Part shown: positions 37,415 through 47,467 of the stretch, one piece after another
How positions within the stretch are numbered: position 1 is the stretch's first letter
Layout: every line of letters starts with the position of its first letter
NCBI GenBank assembly: GCA_963678065.2
Contig: CAXXVZ010000002.1
Coordinates: 512,001-576,000, forward strand
Direction: 5' to 3'
DNA from: Treponemataceae bacterium
GTDB lineage: Bacteria > Spirochaetota > Spirochaetia > Treponematales > Rectinemataceae
DNA: 64,000 bases
Made by a program: the position numbers and the translations under genes
Notes under the pieces: generated by a model
Database searches by the model: none
What the model was told of the DNA's origin: nothing
What the model saw: only the letters and a program-made list of their open reading frames with translations

Positions 37415-38668
37415 ATGAAGCTGAAAGCGGTATTTTTCCTCGTAGTCGCTATAACCATGCTCACAGCGGCGTCCGTGACGGCGCAGCAGGCGACAGAGCT
37501 TCGCTTCGTCACCTGGACGGGCAACCAGGCCCAGCTCGATCTTCTGGGAACCTTCGCCAGGGAATTCGCGCAGAAGAGCGGCAAGAACGTATCGGTCAAG
37601 TTCGAGACCATAGCCTTTGCCGAGTACAACACCAAACTCGCACTGCAGCTGCAGAGCAGCTCGCCCCCTGACGCTGGCTGGATCCTCGAAACCTCGGCGC
37701 CCGCCTTCGTGGAAGGCAACCTTCTCCTCGACCTGACCGCGGCCATGAAGCCCTACAATCCCGCCGACTTCTCGGAACCCGCGATGGAACTTTGGAAGAA
37801 GGGCGGAAAAATCTATGCCGTCCCCTTCTCGACCTCCCCCTTCGTGATCTTTTTCAACCGCGACCTGATCGCCAAGGCCGGCATGGCCTCCCCCGACGAG
37901 CTCATGGCCAAGGGCGACTGGACTCTCGCCAAGTTCCGCGAGATCTCGCTGAAAGTCAAAAAGGCGACGGGCGTCTACGGATTCCAGGGGGTCGACGGCC
38001 AGGCCTACGATTCGCGCATCTGGCACAACCTCGTTCCCTTCATCCGCGGATTCGGCGGCGACGCCTGGCTGGATGACGGCACGGTCATGATCAATTCCGA
38101 AAAATCCATCGCGGGCGTGAATTTCTTCAGGGACATGCTCCTCGTCGACGGTTCGGTAGTCCCCCCGGGCGACCAGAGCGACTTCTACAACGGCACCGCC
38201 GCGATGACGGTTGGCCAGCTCTCCCGCGTATCCAAGCTCTCGGGCGTATCCTGGAAGTGGGGCATGGCGACGCTCCCGACCGGTCCCGCGCTCAACTCCC
38301 AGGTCATCGGACAGGCCGGCATGGGCGTATTCGCCAAGGGAAAGAACGCCGCCCTCGCCGCCGATCTGGTCGCCTACATGACCGGCGAATCCTGCGTGGC
38401 CCGCATGGCCGGCATCTGGCCGCCCGCCCGGAAATCCGTCCTCGACTCCAGCGCCTTCCTCTCGTCGAACCCGGCCGTATCCCCCGCAGTGATGAAGTCG
38501 GTCATCGCCAACGCCATCAATGTCGGGAATGTCCTTCCGGCGCACAAGAATTTCACCCAGATCGACATGGAATCCAAGGCCGAATTCGACAAGCTCTGGA
38601 AAGAAAACGCAAATGTGAAGGGCATACTGGACGCCGTGGCCGCGATCATCAAGAGATACTCCAGGTAA
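37415..38668 (+). CDS. Sugar ABC substrate-binding protein (CUT1)
   Basis: Signal peptide, IYAVPFSTSPFVIFFNRDL, GGAGG RBS. Confidence 0.88.
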   Translation: MKLKAVFFLVVAITMLTAASVTAQQATELRFVTWTGNQAQLDLLGTFAREFAQKSGKNVSVKFETIAFAEYNTKLALQLQSSSPPDAGWILETSAPAFVEGNLLLDLTAAMKPYNPADFSEPAMELWKKGGKIYAVPFSTSPFVIFFNRDLIAKAGMASPDELMAKGDWTLAKFREISLKVKKATGVYGFQGVDGQAYDSRIWHNLVPFIRGFGGDAWLDDGTVMINSEKSIAGVNFFRDMLLVDGSVVPPGDQSDFYNGTAAMTVGQLSRVSKLSGVSWKWGMATLPTGPALNSQVIGQAGMGVFAKGKNAALAADLVAYMTGESCVARMAGIWPPARKSVLDSSAFLSSNPAVSPAVMKSVIANAINVGNVLPAHKNFTQIDMESKAEFDKLWKENANVKGILDAVAAIIKRYSR

Positions 38669-38817
38669 TGTGGAGCAGTGCCGGCCTCAGGGGAGTTCCC
38701 TTCCCCGGCCGGCACGCGACCGGCGCGTCGCCGTGGAAAAGCTGCGACGACCCCACCGCCCGCCGGACAAGGGCGCAGCCACACCACGACCATGACCAAA
38801 AACCGAAGGACATCCCG

Positions 38818-39720
38818 ATGACGAATACCCTGCGCGCGGCCCGGCGACGCGAAAGCCTGGCAGGCTGGCTCTTCGTGCTTCCCCAGATCGCGGGCTTCCT
38901 GGCCCTGGTGCTGATTCCCACGGTTCTGGTGATGTACTACTCCCTCCAGGAGAGAAACCTCCTCTTCGGGACCAGGAGCTTCGTCGGCCTCAGGAACTAC
39001 GCCGACATCGCCGGGGATCCCCTTTTCTACAAGACCCTGGGCAACACCCTGGTCTTCTCCCTGGGAGCCGTGCCGCTCAACATCGGGCTCTCCCTCGTCG
39101 CGGCGATCTTCCTCGCGAAGAACTTCCGCGGGGCCGGCTTCATCCGCGCCTCCATCTTCGCGCCGGTGGTGACCTCGGCGGTCGCCTGGGCCATCGTCTG
39201 GAAGTTCCTGCTGCAGGGCGGCGACGCCGGCGTCATCAATAGGATCCTCGCGATCTTCGGCCTCGCGGGCCCCAACTGGCTGCGCGAGCCGGGCTGGGCC
39301 ATGGCCAGCGTGGTCGTCACCCGCGTGCTCAAGAACCTGGGCATGAACGTCCTCATCCTGACGGGCGCCATGCTCAACACGCCCGCCGAGGTGATCGAGG
39401 CGGCGACGATAGACGGGGCCAGGGGCTGGCGCATGTTCTCGTCGATCAAGATTCCCCTGCTCTCGCCGACCATCATCATGGTCACCATCATCACGGTCAT
39501 CGGTTCGCTCAAGGTCTTCGATTCGATCAAGCTCATGACCGCGGGAGGACCCGAGAATTCGACGATGGTTCTCGTCTACTACATCTACTACCAGGGCTTC
39601 CAGCTCTTCAAAACGGGCTACGCGAGCGCGGCCTCGGTCATCCTGTTCGCCATCATTCTCGGCCTGACGATGATCCAGTGGCGGCTGCGCGGAAGGCTGT
39701 CCTTTCAGGAAAAGGAGTAG
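38818..39720 (+). CDS. Sugar ABC permease (MalF-like)
   Basis: C-terminal part of track ORF 38257..39720; EAATIDGA, MTAGGPENST. Confidence 0.88.
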   Translation: MTNTLRAARRRESLAGWLFVLPQIAGFLALVLIPTVLVMYYSLQERNLLFGTRSFVGLRNYADIAGDPLFYKTLGNTLVFSLGAVPLNIGLSLVAAIFLAKNFRGAGFIRASIFAPVVTSAVAWAIVWKFLLQGGDAGVINRILAIFGLAGPNWLREPGWAMASVVVTRVLKNLGMNVLILTGAMLNTPAEVIEAATIDGARGWRMFSSIKIPLLSPTIIMVTIITVIGSLKVFDSIKLMTAGGPENSTMVLVYYIYYQGFQLFKTGYASAASVILFAIILGLTMIQWRLRGRLSFQEKE

Positions 39721-39723
39721 GGC

Positions 39724-40566
39724 ATGCGCAGATCCAACTCCCGCACCGCGCAGGCATGGGCAAAGCTGGCCCTCGGCCTCCTCGTCACTCTGCCATTCCT
39801 GTATCCCTTCTGGTGGATGCTCGTGAATTCCCTGAACACCGCGCCGGAGATCTTCGGGGCGCCCTCGCTGTTGCCGAAGAGCTGGCGCTGGGCGAACTAC
39901 CGCGAAATCTTCACCTACCAGCCCTTCGCCCGGCACTACCTCAACAGCCTCGTCGTGGCCGGAATCGGCGTCGTCGGCAATGTGCTCTTCGCCGCCCTCG
40001 CCGGCTACGGCTTCGCCCGCCTGCGCTTCAGGGGACGCAATGCCATGTTCATGGTCATCCTGACGGCCCTGATGATGCCCGTCGAAGTCACCATCATCCC
40101 CCTTTTCGAGATGGTCAAAGGCGTCGGGCTCTACAACAGGCTCGCCCCCCTTGTGCTGCTCGCGATATTCGGCTCGCAGGGCGCATTTTCCACCTTCCTC
40201 ATGCGCCAGTATTTCATGTCGCTTCCTAAAGAGCTCGAGGAGGCGGCGCGTATCGACGGCCTGGGGCCCTTTGCGACCTTCGCCAGGATCGCCTTCCCCC
40301 TCGCGGCGCCGGCCGTGGGCTCTGCGGCGATCCTGGCCTTCCTCGCAAGCTGGAATTCCTTCCTGGAGCCCCTGGTCTTTCTGAGCGACCTCGCGAAGTT
40401 CACCCTGCCCCTCTCGCTGGCCAACTTCACCGACACCTACGGCCTCCCGCAGTGGCATCTCCAGCTCGCCGCGACCAGCCTCGCGGTGCTGCCCATCCTC
40501 GTGGTATACGTGGTGTTCCAGCGAAAGATCGCCGACGCCATGGTTTTCTCCGGACTGAAGGGTTGA
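39724..40566 (+). CDS. Sugar ABC permease (MalG-like)
   Basis: LEEAARIDG, WNSFLEPL. Confidence 0.9.
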   Translation: MRRSNSRTAQAWAKLALGLLVTLPFLYPFWWMLVNSLNTAPEIFGAPSLLPKSWRWANYREIFTYQPFARHYLNSLVVAGIGVVGNVLFAALAGYGFARLRFRGRNAMFMVILTALMMPVEVTIIPLFEMVKGVGLYNRLAPLVLLAIFGSQGAFSTFLMRQYFMSLPKELEEAARIDGLGPFATFARIAFPLAAPAVGSAAILAFLASWNSFLEPLVFLSDLAKFTLPLSLANFTDTYGLPQWHLQLAATSLAVLPILVVYVVFQRKIADAMVFSGLKG

Positions 40567-40633
40567 GAGCCGGGCATATGCCTGAACTCAAGCCTGCATT
40601 TTCTTTCCCTCACATACAACAAAGGTGAATGCA

Positions 40634-42007
40634 ATGAACGATTCCGATAGTTTTGCCTATGATCTCGTCGTCGCCGGTCTCGGCATCTCGGGCAGCATGG
40701 CGGCGGTAGCCGCCGGACGCCTCGGACTCAAGGTGCTCGCTTTCGACTACGGCGCCTTCCCCGGCGGCGTCCTGACCTCCTCGGGCACAGGGCCCATGAT
40801 GACCTTCCACGCCGGGGACCTCCAGGTCATCCGCGGACTGACCGGCGAACTCGTGGACCGCATGGTCTCCAAAGGCTGGTCTCCCGGCCATCAGCCGGAT
40901 TCGACGGGCTTCACCTACACGGTGACCCCCTTCGACCACGAGGGCATGAAGCGCGAACTCGAGCTGATGCTCGACGAGGCGGGGGTGCGGATCCTCTATC
41001 ACGCCATGCTGGACGATGTCGAGGTCGACGACGGGAAGATCTGCGGTGTTTCCGTGATGACCAAGTCGGGAAAGCTGCGTTTCGCCGCCCCGTATTTCAT
41101 CGACGCAACGGGCGACGCGGAGCTGGCGTACAGGGCGGGCGTGCCTTGCGAGTTCGGCCGGCCCGAGGATGGCTTCGCCCAGCCCATGACCATGAAACTC
41201 CGCCTCCATGACGTGGACATAGCGGAAGTGCGCCGCTACATGCGCGAGAATCCCGGCGAGTTTCCTCTCCTGAAAGGCAGGAACGAGATACTCGACGCAG
41301 CGCAACGGCTCTCCTGTCTCGGCTTCACCTCCATCCTCCGCGACGCGATGGAGGCGGGCGAGCTGAGTTTCGGGCGCGAGACCGTACTCTTCTTCGAGAC
41401 AAACACCCCCGGCGAGGTGATCGTGAACATGAGCCGCATCCTCGGCAAGCGCTCGGTCGACCCCTGGTCCCTCTCCGACGCGGAGACCGAGGGGCGGGTC
41501 CAGGCCTGGGAACTCTACGAGTTTTTCAAAAAGCGCGTGCCGGGCTTCTCCCGCGCAAAGATGGGCTTCTCCGGGCCCTGCGTCGGCGTGCGCAGCTCGC
41601 GGCAGATCGTCGGCATGCACAAAATCACCGTGGACGAGCTCTTCGCCCGGACGCGTTTTCCGGACCTGATTTCCCATTGTGGCTATCCCGTGGACATCCA
41701 CAATCCCGACGGCTCCGGCACCGAACACAGGCACTTCGCCCACGGCGCGTATTACAATGTCCCCCTGCGCTCGATGCTGGCCAGGGAAATTTCCAACCTC
41801 GCGACGACGGGCCGATGCATCTGCGCTGATTTCGCCGCCCAGGCCTCGCTCAGGCTCTCGCCCCACGCGGGGGCCCTCGGTCACGCGGCGGGCGTGGCCG
41901 CCGCCGTCGCCTCGCGCTCAGGGACATCCTTCGCTGACGCCGATTGCGCGGAAATCCGCCGCGCGCTGCGGGATCAGGGCGCCTTCCTGAACGAATCGAA
42001 CGGCTGA
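40634..42007 (+). CDS. FAD-dependent oxidoreductase (FAD_oxidored-type family)
   Basis: VVAGLGISG dinucleotide motif, GGVLT, FIDATGDAE, QPMT, YPVDIH, YNVPLRSM, TGRCI. Confidence 0.82.
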   Translation: MNDSDSFAYDLVVAGLGISGSMAAVAAGRLGLKVLAFDYGAFPGGVLTSSGTGPMMTFHAGDLQVIRGLTGELVDRMVSKGWSPGHQPDSTGFTYTVTPFDHEGMKRELELMLDEAGVRILYHAMLDDVEVDDGKICGVSVMTKSGKLRFAAPYFIDATGDAELAYRAGVPCEFGRPEDGFAQPMTMKLRLHDVDIAEVRRYMRENPGEFPLLKGRNEILDAAQRLSCLGFTSILRDAMEAGELSFGRETVLFFETNTPGEVIVNMSRILGKRSVDPWSLSDAETEGRVQAWELYEFFKKRVPGFSRAKMGFSGPCVGVRSSRQIVGMHKITVDELFARTRFPDLISHCGYPVDIHNPDGSGTEHRHFAHGAYYNVPLRSMLAREISNLATTGRCICADFAAQASLRLSPHAGALGHAAGVAAAVASRSGTSFADADCAEIRRALRDQGAFLNESNG

Positions 42008-42024
42008 AGACGGAGCGTATCGGT

Positions 42025-43041
42025 ATGCGCAAGAGGACGACGATCAAGGATGTGGCAGCCGCGACGGGCGTCTCCGTGGCGGCTGTGTCTGCCGTGCTCT
42101 CGGGAAAGGGCGGCGCATCGATACGGGTCTCCGCCGAAACCCGCGACAAGATCATCGCGGCCGCCGAAGCCCTGAAATACGTGCCGGATCGCCGCTCGCG
42201 CTCGCTGCGTGAACGGCGCTCGGACATCATCACCGTGATAACCTACGAAAAAGTCTTCCCCGTGGACTGGCGCAACGAATTCTACGGCTTCTTCGTTGGC
42301 ATCGAGGAGGAGGCCGCCCGCCGGGGCTACGATATCCTCATCCTCAACAACAGGCCCGACCTCGCCCCCGAGACCTCCGGCCGCATCGACCAGCTCGGCA
42401 TAGCGGACGGCGCCGTCGTCATCGGCATCTCGAAGGACGAAGACTCCCTCGCCCGCTTCCTGCATTCGGGCTTCCCGATCTTCTTCGTCGGGAGGCGGGA
42501 GATAGCGGGCATCGAGCCGAACTTCGCCACCTTCGACTACGCGAGCCCCATCGTCGAACTGGTCGCCCGGACGCGCGCGGCGGGATTGACCGGCGTCGAC
42601 TTTCTCCCCTGCGGAGCCGGAGAACCCCTGCGCGACAAGCGGCGCTTCCTCGCGGAGGCTCTCGAGGCCAAAGGTCTCTCGTTCAGGGAACTGCAAACCG
42701 AGTTCAGCCCGGACTCGGTCAGACGCATGGCCGCCGACGCCGACGCAGAAGGCAGGGTCCTCGCCTTCAACGGCATGGCCCTCGCGGAGGAATTCCGTCG
42801 AGCGGCCACCCCGCTCGGCCTGGATGCCGGCGCAGATTTCGAGGCCGCTGTCCTGGAAGACCGCTGGCAGGACAAAGACGACTTCTGGACCCGGCTCGAC
42901 TCCGACCGCGTCCTCCTCGGAAAAACGGCGGTCTCCTGCCTCGTGGACATCATGTCCGAAGACATGGCCGAGCCCGTCCGACGACTTATCCCTGTGCACC
43001 TCGTTCCCGGAGCTTCGTCGCCGGGGCTCTATCGGGCCTGA
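42025..43041 (+). CDS. LacI-family transcriptional regulator
   Basis: TIKDVAAATGVSVAAVSAVL...LKYVPD. Confidence 0.9.
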   Translation: MRKRTTIKDVAAATGVSVAAVSAVLSGKGGASIRVSAETRDKIIAAAEALKYVPDRRSRSLRERRSDIITVITYEKVFPVDWRNEFYGFFVGIEEEAARRGYDILILNNRPDLAPETSGRIDQLGIADGAVVIGISKDEDSLARFLHSGFPIFFVGRREIAGIEPNFATFDYASPIVELVARTRAAGLTGVDFLPCGAGEPLRDKRRFLAEALEAKGLSFRELQTEFSPDSVRRMAADADAEGRVLAFNGMALAEEFRRAATPLGLDAGADFEAAVLEDRWQDKDDFWTRLDSDRVLLGKTAVSCLVDIMSEDMAEPVRRLIPVHLVPGASSPGLYRA

Positions 43042-43059
43042 TCCGGATCCGGGCTCCAA

Positions 43060-43488
43060 CCCTGACGGGCGTTTTGCGGCGTATTTTCACGCGCATTTCG
43101 GTAATCGGGATCGTCGGAAACCTTCGGGGCGATTTCGTCGCGGATTCGCCGCGCGATCTCGGCATCCTCGTCGGCGAGGGCCAACGCGGCAGCTGTCCAT
43201 GTCGATGGATTCGAGAATCCCCCGCGCCAGATCCTCCTCCACGGGAGCGGGCAGCTTCGGTACGAGGGCTTGCCGTAGTACAGCTCAAAATGGATGGACT
43301 CATCGTCGATTCCCTTGTGCAGTACGTCGATGACGGTCGAAATCCTTCGGACTTCCCGCGATGTAGCCCACCCTGTAGGCCGGGGACGCTTCGGCGGAAA
43401 CACCGGGAGCGACTGCCATGCCATCCAGGCCGGTCAGGGGGCGGACTTTGATTGTTTCGAGTCCCTTCTCGCTCGTGACGCTCGGCAT
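43060..43488 (-). pseudogene. hsdR: Collapsed remnant of a Type I restriction subunit gene
   Basis: Successive fragments in three frames: MPSVTSEKGLET...AGSPKDFDR; VIDVLHKG...FELYYGKPS; PKLPAPVEEDLARGILESIDMDS; LADEDAEI/RIRDEIAPKV...YRNARENTP; recalled as N- and C-terminal HsdR segments. Confidence 0.65.
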
Positions 43489-43756
43489 CGCGCACTCCCT
43501 TGATAATCCACAGCGAATATCGTGAAATTTATCAACGAATAATTTCACATCATCGGTCTTTGTTTTTTCCCTTGATATTTCTTTGTTTGCGTTGATATTT
43601 ATCAGCCCCTTCAACAACAAACCACGCTGTCCAATAGAGAGGACCGTTCCATACAGGATCTGGACACGTTCTGGAACTCGATTCCAGAAAGGAGCGCAGG
43701 GGAATGGCGTGAATAGCGCGTTTACGGGATACGGGTAGCCCGTGTCGACTCTCCGT

Positions 43757-44956
43757 TTAGCCCACCGTCTCCAGCCTCTCCAGATACATCCGCCACGGCA
43801 GCACCTCGACGAAATCGAGCCTGAACGGTTCCGGCGCAGAGCAGACGAGAAAACAGGGGACCGCCGGATTGTCGTCGCGGAAAGACCTGAGCCCGCTCAG
43901 GTCGGCGCCCGACACCATCGCTCGACTCTTGAACTCTACGGCCATGACAAGCTTTCCCTTCGCCTCGATCAAGAGGTCCACTTCCGCTCCGTCTTTGGTC
44001 CTCCAGTAGTGGAGTGCCGAGTCTACCCGCCGGTAATCCAGACGTCTGAATGTCTCCTGTACGAAGAACTGTTCGAACAGGCGTCCCCGGACCGAAGCAT
44101 CGAGGGGACCCGAAAGGCGGTGGGTCAGTGCATTGCTGAGTCCATTGTCGAACAGATAGTACTTCGGATGACTGACAAGGCGTTTCAGAGGGCTCTTCGT
44201 CCACGCAGGAAGGCGCAGGGCGATGAGGGTATCCTCCAGCACCTCGAAGTATGATTGCACCGTCCGGATCGGCAGGGCAGTTTCCTTCGCGATCGAACTG
44301 TAATTGAGGATTTCGCCGCAGTATGCCGCCGCGTAGTCGATGAACCGGGTGAAACCTCCCAGATTCCGCACGAGTCCTTCCAGTTGTATCTCTTCCCGTA
44401 GATACAGTTCGACATAGGTTTTCAGGGTATCACGCGCATCTCCTTCGTCCAGTCCGAGAAGGGGTGGAAGGGTCCCCCACTGAAGTGCATGTTCCAGATC
44501 GAATCTTTTGCCCAATTCTTTTGCCGTGAATGGATGAAGGTATCTCAAGAGCGCCCGGCCGCCCAGAAGATCCGCGCCGCCGGACAAGGCACTGCCTGAC
44601 AAGCCGCTGCCGCGCTTGAGCTTCCGCGCGCTCGACCCGGAGAGTATGAAACGTACCGTGCTCGACTCCAGAAGGTCGTGAACTTCGCTCAAGAGCGCCG
44701 GAATGCGCTGGACCTCGTCCAGTATGATCCATTCGACGCCATCGCGTATCCTGGCCTCGGCTTCGCGGCGGAACTGCGCCGGATCGCGCAGATAGCGGTA
44801 AAAGGTATCATTGTGGAGCAGGTTGATTGTCCAGGATTTCCCGCGATCCCCGCTTTCCCCGCGTGCCAGGCTAGCGAGCCAGGTGCTCTTGCCGGTCTGG
44901 CGCGGACCGAAGAGAAAGAATGAGCGATCCGGAGGCATTATCTCTCTAGTAATCAT
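43757..44956 (-). CDS. AAA-type ATPase with C-terminal DUF4143 (PD-(D/E)XK-like) domain
   Basis: GPRQTGKST, LDEVQ, SGSS, LLGGR, PKYYLFDNG, GRLFE, YWRTKDGAEVDLL...EFK. Confidence 0.87.
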   Translation of the reverse strand: MITREIMPPDRSFFLFGPRQTGKSTWLASLARGESGDRGKSWTINLLHNDTFYRYLRDPAQFRREAEARIRDGVEWIILDEVQRIPALLSEVHDLLESSTVRFILSGSSARKLKRGSGLSGSALSGGADLLGGRALLRYLHPFTAKELGKRFDLEHALQWGTLPPLLGLDEGDARDTLKTYVELYLREEIQLEGLVRNLGGFTRFIDYAAAYCGEILNYSSIAKETALPIRTVQSYFEVLEDTLIALRLPAWTKSPLKRLVSHPKYYLFDNGLSNALTHRLSGPLDASVRGRLFEQFFVQETFRRLDYRRVDSALHYWRTKDGAEVDLLIEAKGKLVMAVEFKSRAMVSGADLSGLRSFRDDNPAVPCFLVCSAPEPFRLDFVEVLPWRMYLERLETVG

Positions 44957-45033
44957 GATGCCAAAGTGTACGACATTTTGGCAGGATATGCAAACTATCC
45001 GGCTTGTTTTTACATCTCTGCTGGCGAACAGAA

Positions 45034-46293
45034 TCACGAAGTCACGAAAGCCCCCGCCATCTTCTCTTGCTCCGTCCTGGAAATACCCAGTTCCTCCGCC
45101 AGCTCCCGCCAGCGGGATACGGAGGCGACTACCGATTCACGGATATTTTCCGCCTCCCGTGCTTCCAGTCTGAAATAACGCGCCACCGAGAGAGCAAGAT
45201 CGAAATCGAGGGCGTTGTCGTTTTCGTCGATGCACAGCGACAATCCTCCGCCGAAGGGAGAGGGATTGAGGTCGTATGCGGGAGAGAGCCTCCATCCTCG
45301 CTGCCCCAGAAGGAATCCGTGGTTCCGCAGATGATCGTCGGTATTCGAAATGGCGATGCCGAAGACGATGCGTCGCCAGAGTTGCGCGAGATCCTCATCA
45401 GGAGAGGCTCCATTGCGGATGAGGAAGTCGGCGATTTCGAGGTAGCTGGCTCCCGCAGACGAATCGTCGCCGTCCTTCCTGCCGAGCATGGTCATCGCGG
45501 AGGCAAAATGAATCCGCTTCGCGGAGTCGACGCGGTCAAACCGCCGCGTCAGAAAGGTCGACCCCCGGGACGACAATGATTCCAGCCTGCATTCGCTCGT
45601 CACGATTCCCGCGTTGCGCGCAAGCGTCGCGACGAGCATCTCCCATACGCCGACATCCCGGTCATCGTCTTTCCCCGGAAACTTCGCGATCCACAGGCTC
45701 CCGTCGGAATCGACGACGCTGGCCTTGGGCCTCGCTCCGCCAAGCGACGAGCCCGGGGCGATGAGAAGGGCGAGCCATGGATCCAGTTCGTCGTCGCTGA
45801 CATCGCTCTCCACGATATGACTCGCATATTCGAGGTCGCGAAGTCTGGCCCACGGTGGGGCGGCCATGGCGGTATCGCTGCTCTGGAAGACCGGGCTGCC
45901 GATTTCCCGGAAGCGGAGCGCCCCCATCCGGTTTTCATCGTACACGCCAAGCAGGTAATCCGATTCCGCGAGTGCCCGCACTCCACGCCCCTCTTTGCGG
46001 GCAAGGATTCCTTCCCTCCGGCGCATGAGAACGCGCCCCCAGCGATCGGGCGACGAGTCGAGAAATATGCCGAAATTCAGCTTTTCCCTGGCCGGATACT
46101 GCGGGCCCTTGAAAAGCCTGAGTTCCGGATCGAGCGCACGTCCATCCGTGCGGAGAAGCCATTCTTTTTCATAGTCGAACGAGAATACTTCCTTTCCCCT
46201 GGCGGGGATCGCGGACAGCGTCCCCATTTTGACAGCTTTTCCCAAGCCAGCCCAATCGGCGTATACTTCTATGCGGCGGACTATCCCGCTCAT
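45034..46293 (-). CDS. hipA: HipA-family Ser/Thr kinase toxin
   Basis: DSSPDRWGR, SLGGARPK, IAKFP, RRFDR, NTDDHLRNH, SPAYDL. Confidence 0.9.
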   Translation of the reverse strand: MSGIVRRIEVYADWAGLGKAVKMGTLSAIPARGKEVFSFDYEKEWLLRTDGRALDPELRLFKGPQYPAREKLNFGIFLDSSPDRWGRVLMRRREGILARKEGRGVRALAESDYLLGVYDENRMGALRFREIGSPVFQSSDTAMAAPPWARLRDLEYASHIVESDVSDDELDPWLALLIAPGSSLGGARPKASVVDSDGSLWIAKFPGKDDDRDVGVWEMLVATLARNAGIVTSECRLESLSSRGSTFLTRRFDRVDSAKRIHFASAMTMLGRKDGDDSSAGASYLEIADFLIRNGASPDEDLAQLWRRIVFGIAISNTDDHLRNHGFLLGQRGWRLSPAYDLNPSPFGGGLSLCIDENDNALDFDLALSVARYFRLEAREAENIRESVVASVSRWRELAEELGISRTEQEKMAGAFVTS

Positions 46294-46619
46294 GGAGTTT
46301 CCTCCCGCTTCGCTTTCCTTGCGCGCATGCGAATCGGCAAGCGTGCATCCTGAAGCGTTCGTCCGAACTCGTCATCGCGGGCGACGGCGAGCAGATCCTT
46401 TTCGAGACCGACGACAAAGAGAGTCTGAACCCATGCTCCCATCGACACCGAAGAGGATCCGGATTCGATCGCGTTGAGGGTCGATCTGCTGATGCCGGCC
46501 CGTTCGGCCAGCATCTGAGTCGATAGATTGCGCCGCAGTCTCGCAAACCGCAGGTTTTCTCCAAGTTCGACAAGGACTTTCCGGGCGGAGGGCAGAAGTG
46601 TTACGGATTTTTTCCCCAT
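46290..46619 (-). CDS. XRE HTH antitoxin (HipB-like)
   Basis: LRFARLRRNLS...LAERAGISRSTL..IESG; 4-bp overlap with hipA. Confidence 0.85.
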   Translation of the reverse strand: MGKKSVTLLPSARKVLVELGENLRFARLRRNLSTQMLAERAGISRSTLNAIESGSSSVSMGAWVQTLFVVGLEKDLLAVARDDEFGRTLQDARLPIRMRARKAKREETP

Positions 46620-46927
46620 AATGCTTTATATTATACGCTATAACACCAATAATGACCATATAATAAGACATTTAAGATTGGACTGCCTGCAGTGGACAAG
46701 CAAGACCCGTCGGGCTTCGGCCAGACTGCAAGCCCCAAAGCCCCAAAAGAGACGGAAATGGCTGTACCGGAAGAGGGGTTCAAGATGACGTCCGGGCAAA
46801 CCGGCGATTGACGACGGGCCATCGCCCAGTATACTTGAGTCATTGTGAGGGAGTTTTCTGTGGTCGGCAGAGAGCACGGGCCATATGGAAAATCCCGGAA
46901 TATGTCTGGAACTTCCAGGATGGGAAC

Positions 46928-47347
46928 ATGGAAAAGTCGGACGCGAACCAGGGCCAGTCGGCATCGGAGCTCATCTCGAAAAAAATCGCCGAACTCGGGG
47001 ACTGGCGCGGGGAAACCCTAAAGCGAATGCGCAAGCTCATCAAGGAAGCAGACCCGGATGTCGTCGAGGAGTGGAAGTGGATGGGCACTCCGATTTGGTC
47101 GCACGACGGCATCATCTGCACTGGCGAATCCTACAAGAATGCCGTGAAGCTTACCTTCTCCAAGGGCGCGGCTCTGGAAGATCCGGCCCGACTCTTCAAT
47201 TCGAGTCTCGACGGAAACACACGCCGGGCGATCGACATCCACGAAGGAGAAGAAGTTGACTCATCCGCCTTCAAGGCGCTCGTTCTCCAGGCGATCGCCC
47301 TCAACAGTTCTGGCAAGTCGAAACCTTCGAAGAAAGCGAAATCCTGA
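46928..47347 (+). CDS. DUF1801 (YdhG-like) protein
   Basis: [42 protein letters not shown]. Confidence 0.85.
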   Translation: MEKSDANQGQSASELISKKIAELGDWRGETLKRMRKLIKEADPDVVEEWKWMGTPIWSHDGIICTGESYKNAVKLTFSKGAALEDPARLFNSSLDGNTRRAIDIHEGEEVDSSAFKALVLQAIALNSSGKSKPSKKAKS

Positions 47348-47467
47348 GGGATTCCGCCGCGGAATTTGACGTAATCTGCGCGTATAGATGTATACGACGC
47401 ATCATGATTCACTCCTGCCTTTTCGGTGGTTTTGCCCTGCCTCCCGTATCAGGTGCGAGGTTCGTAT

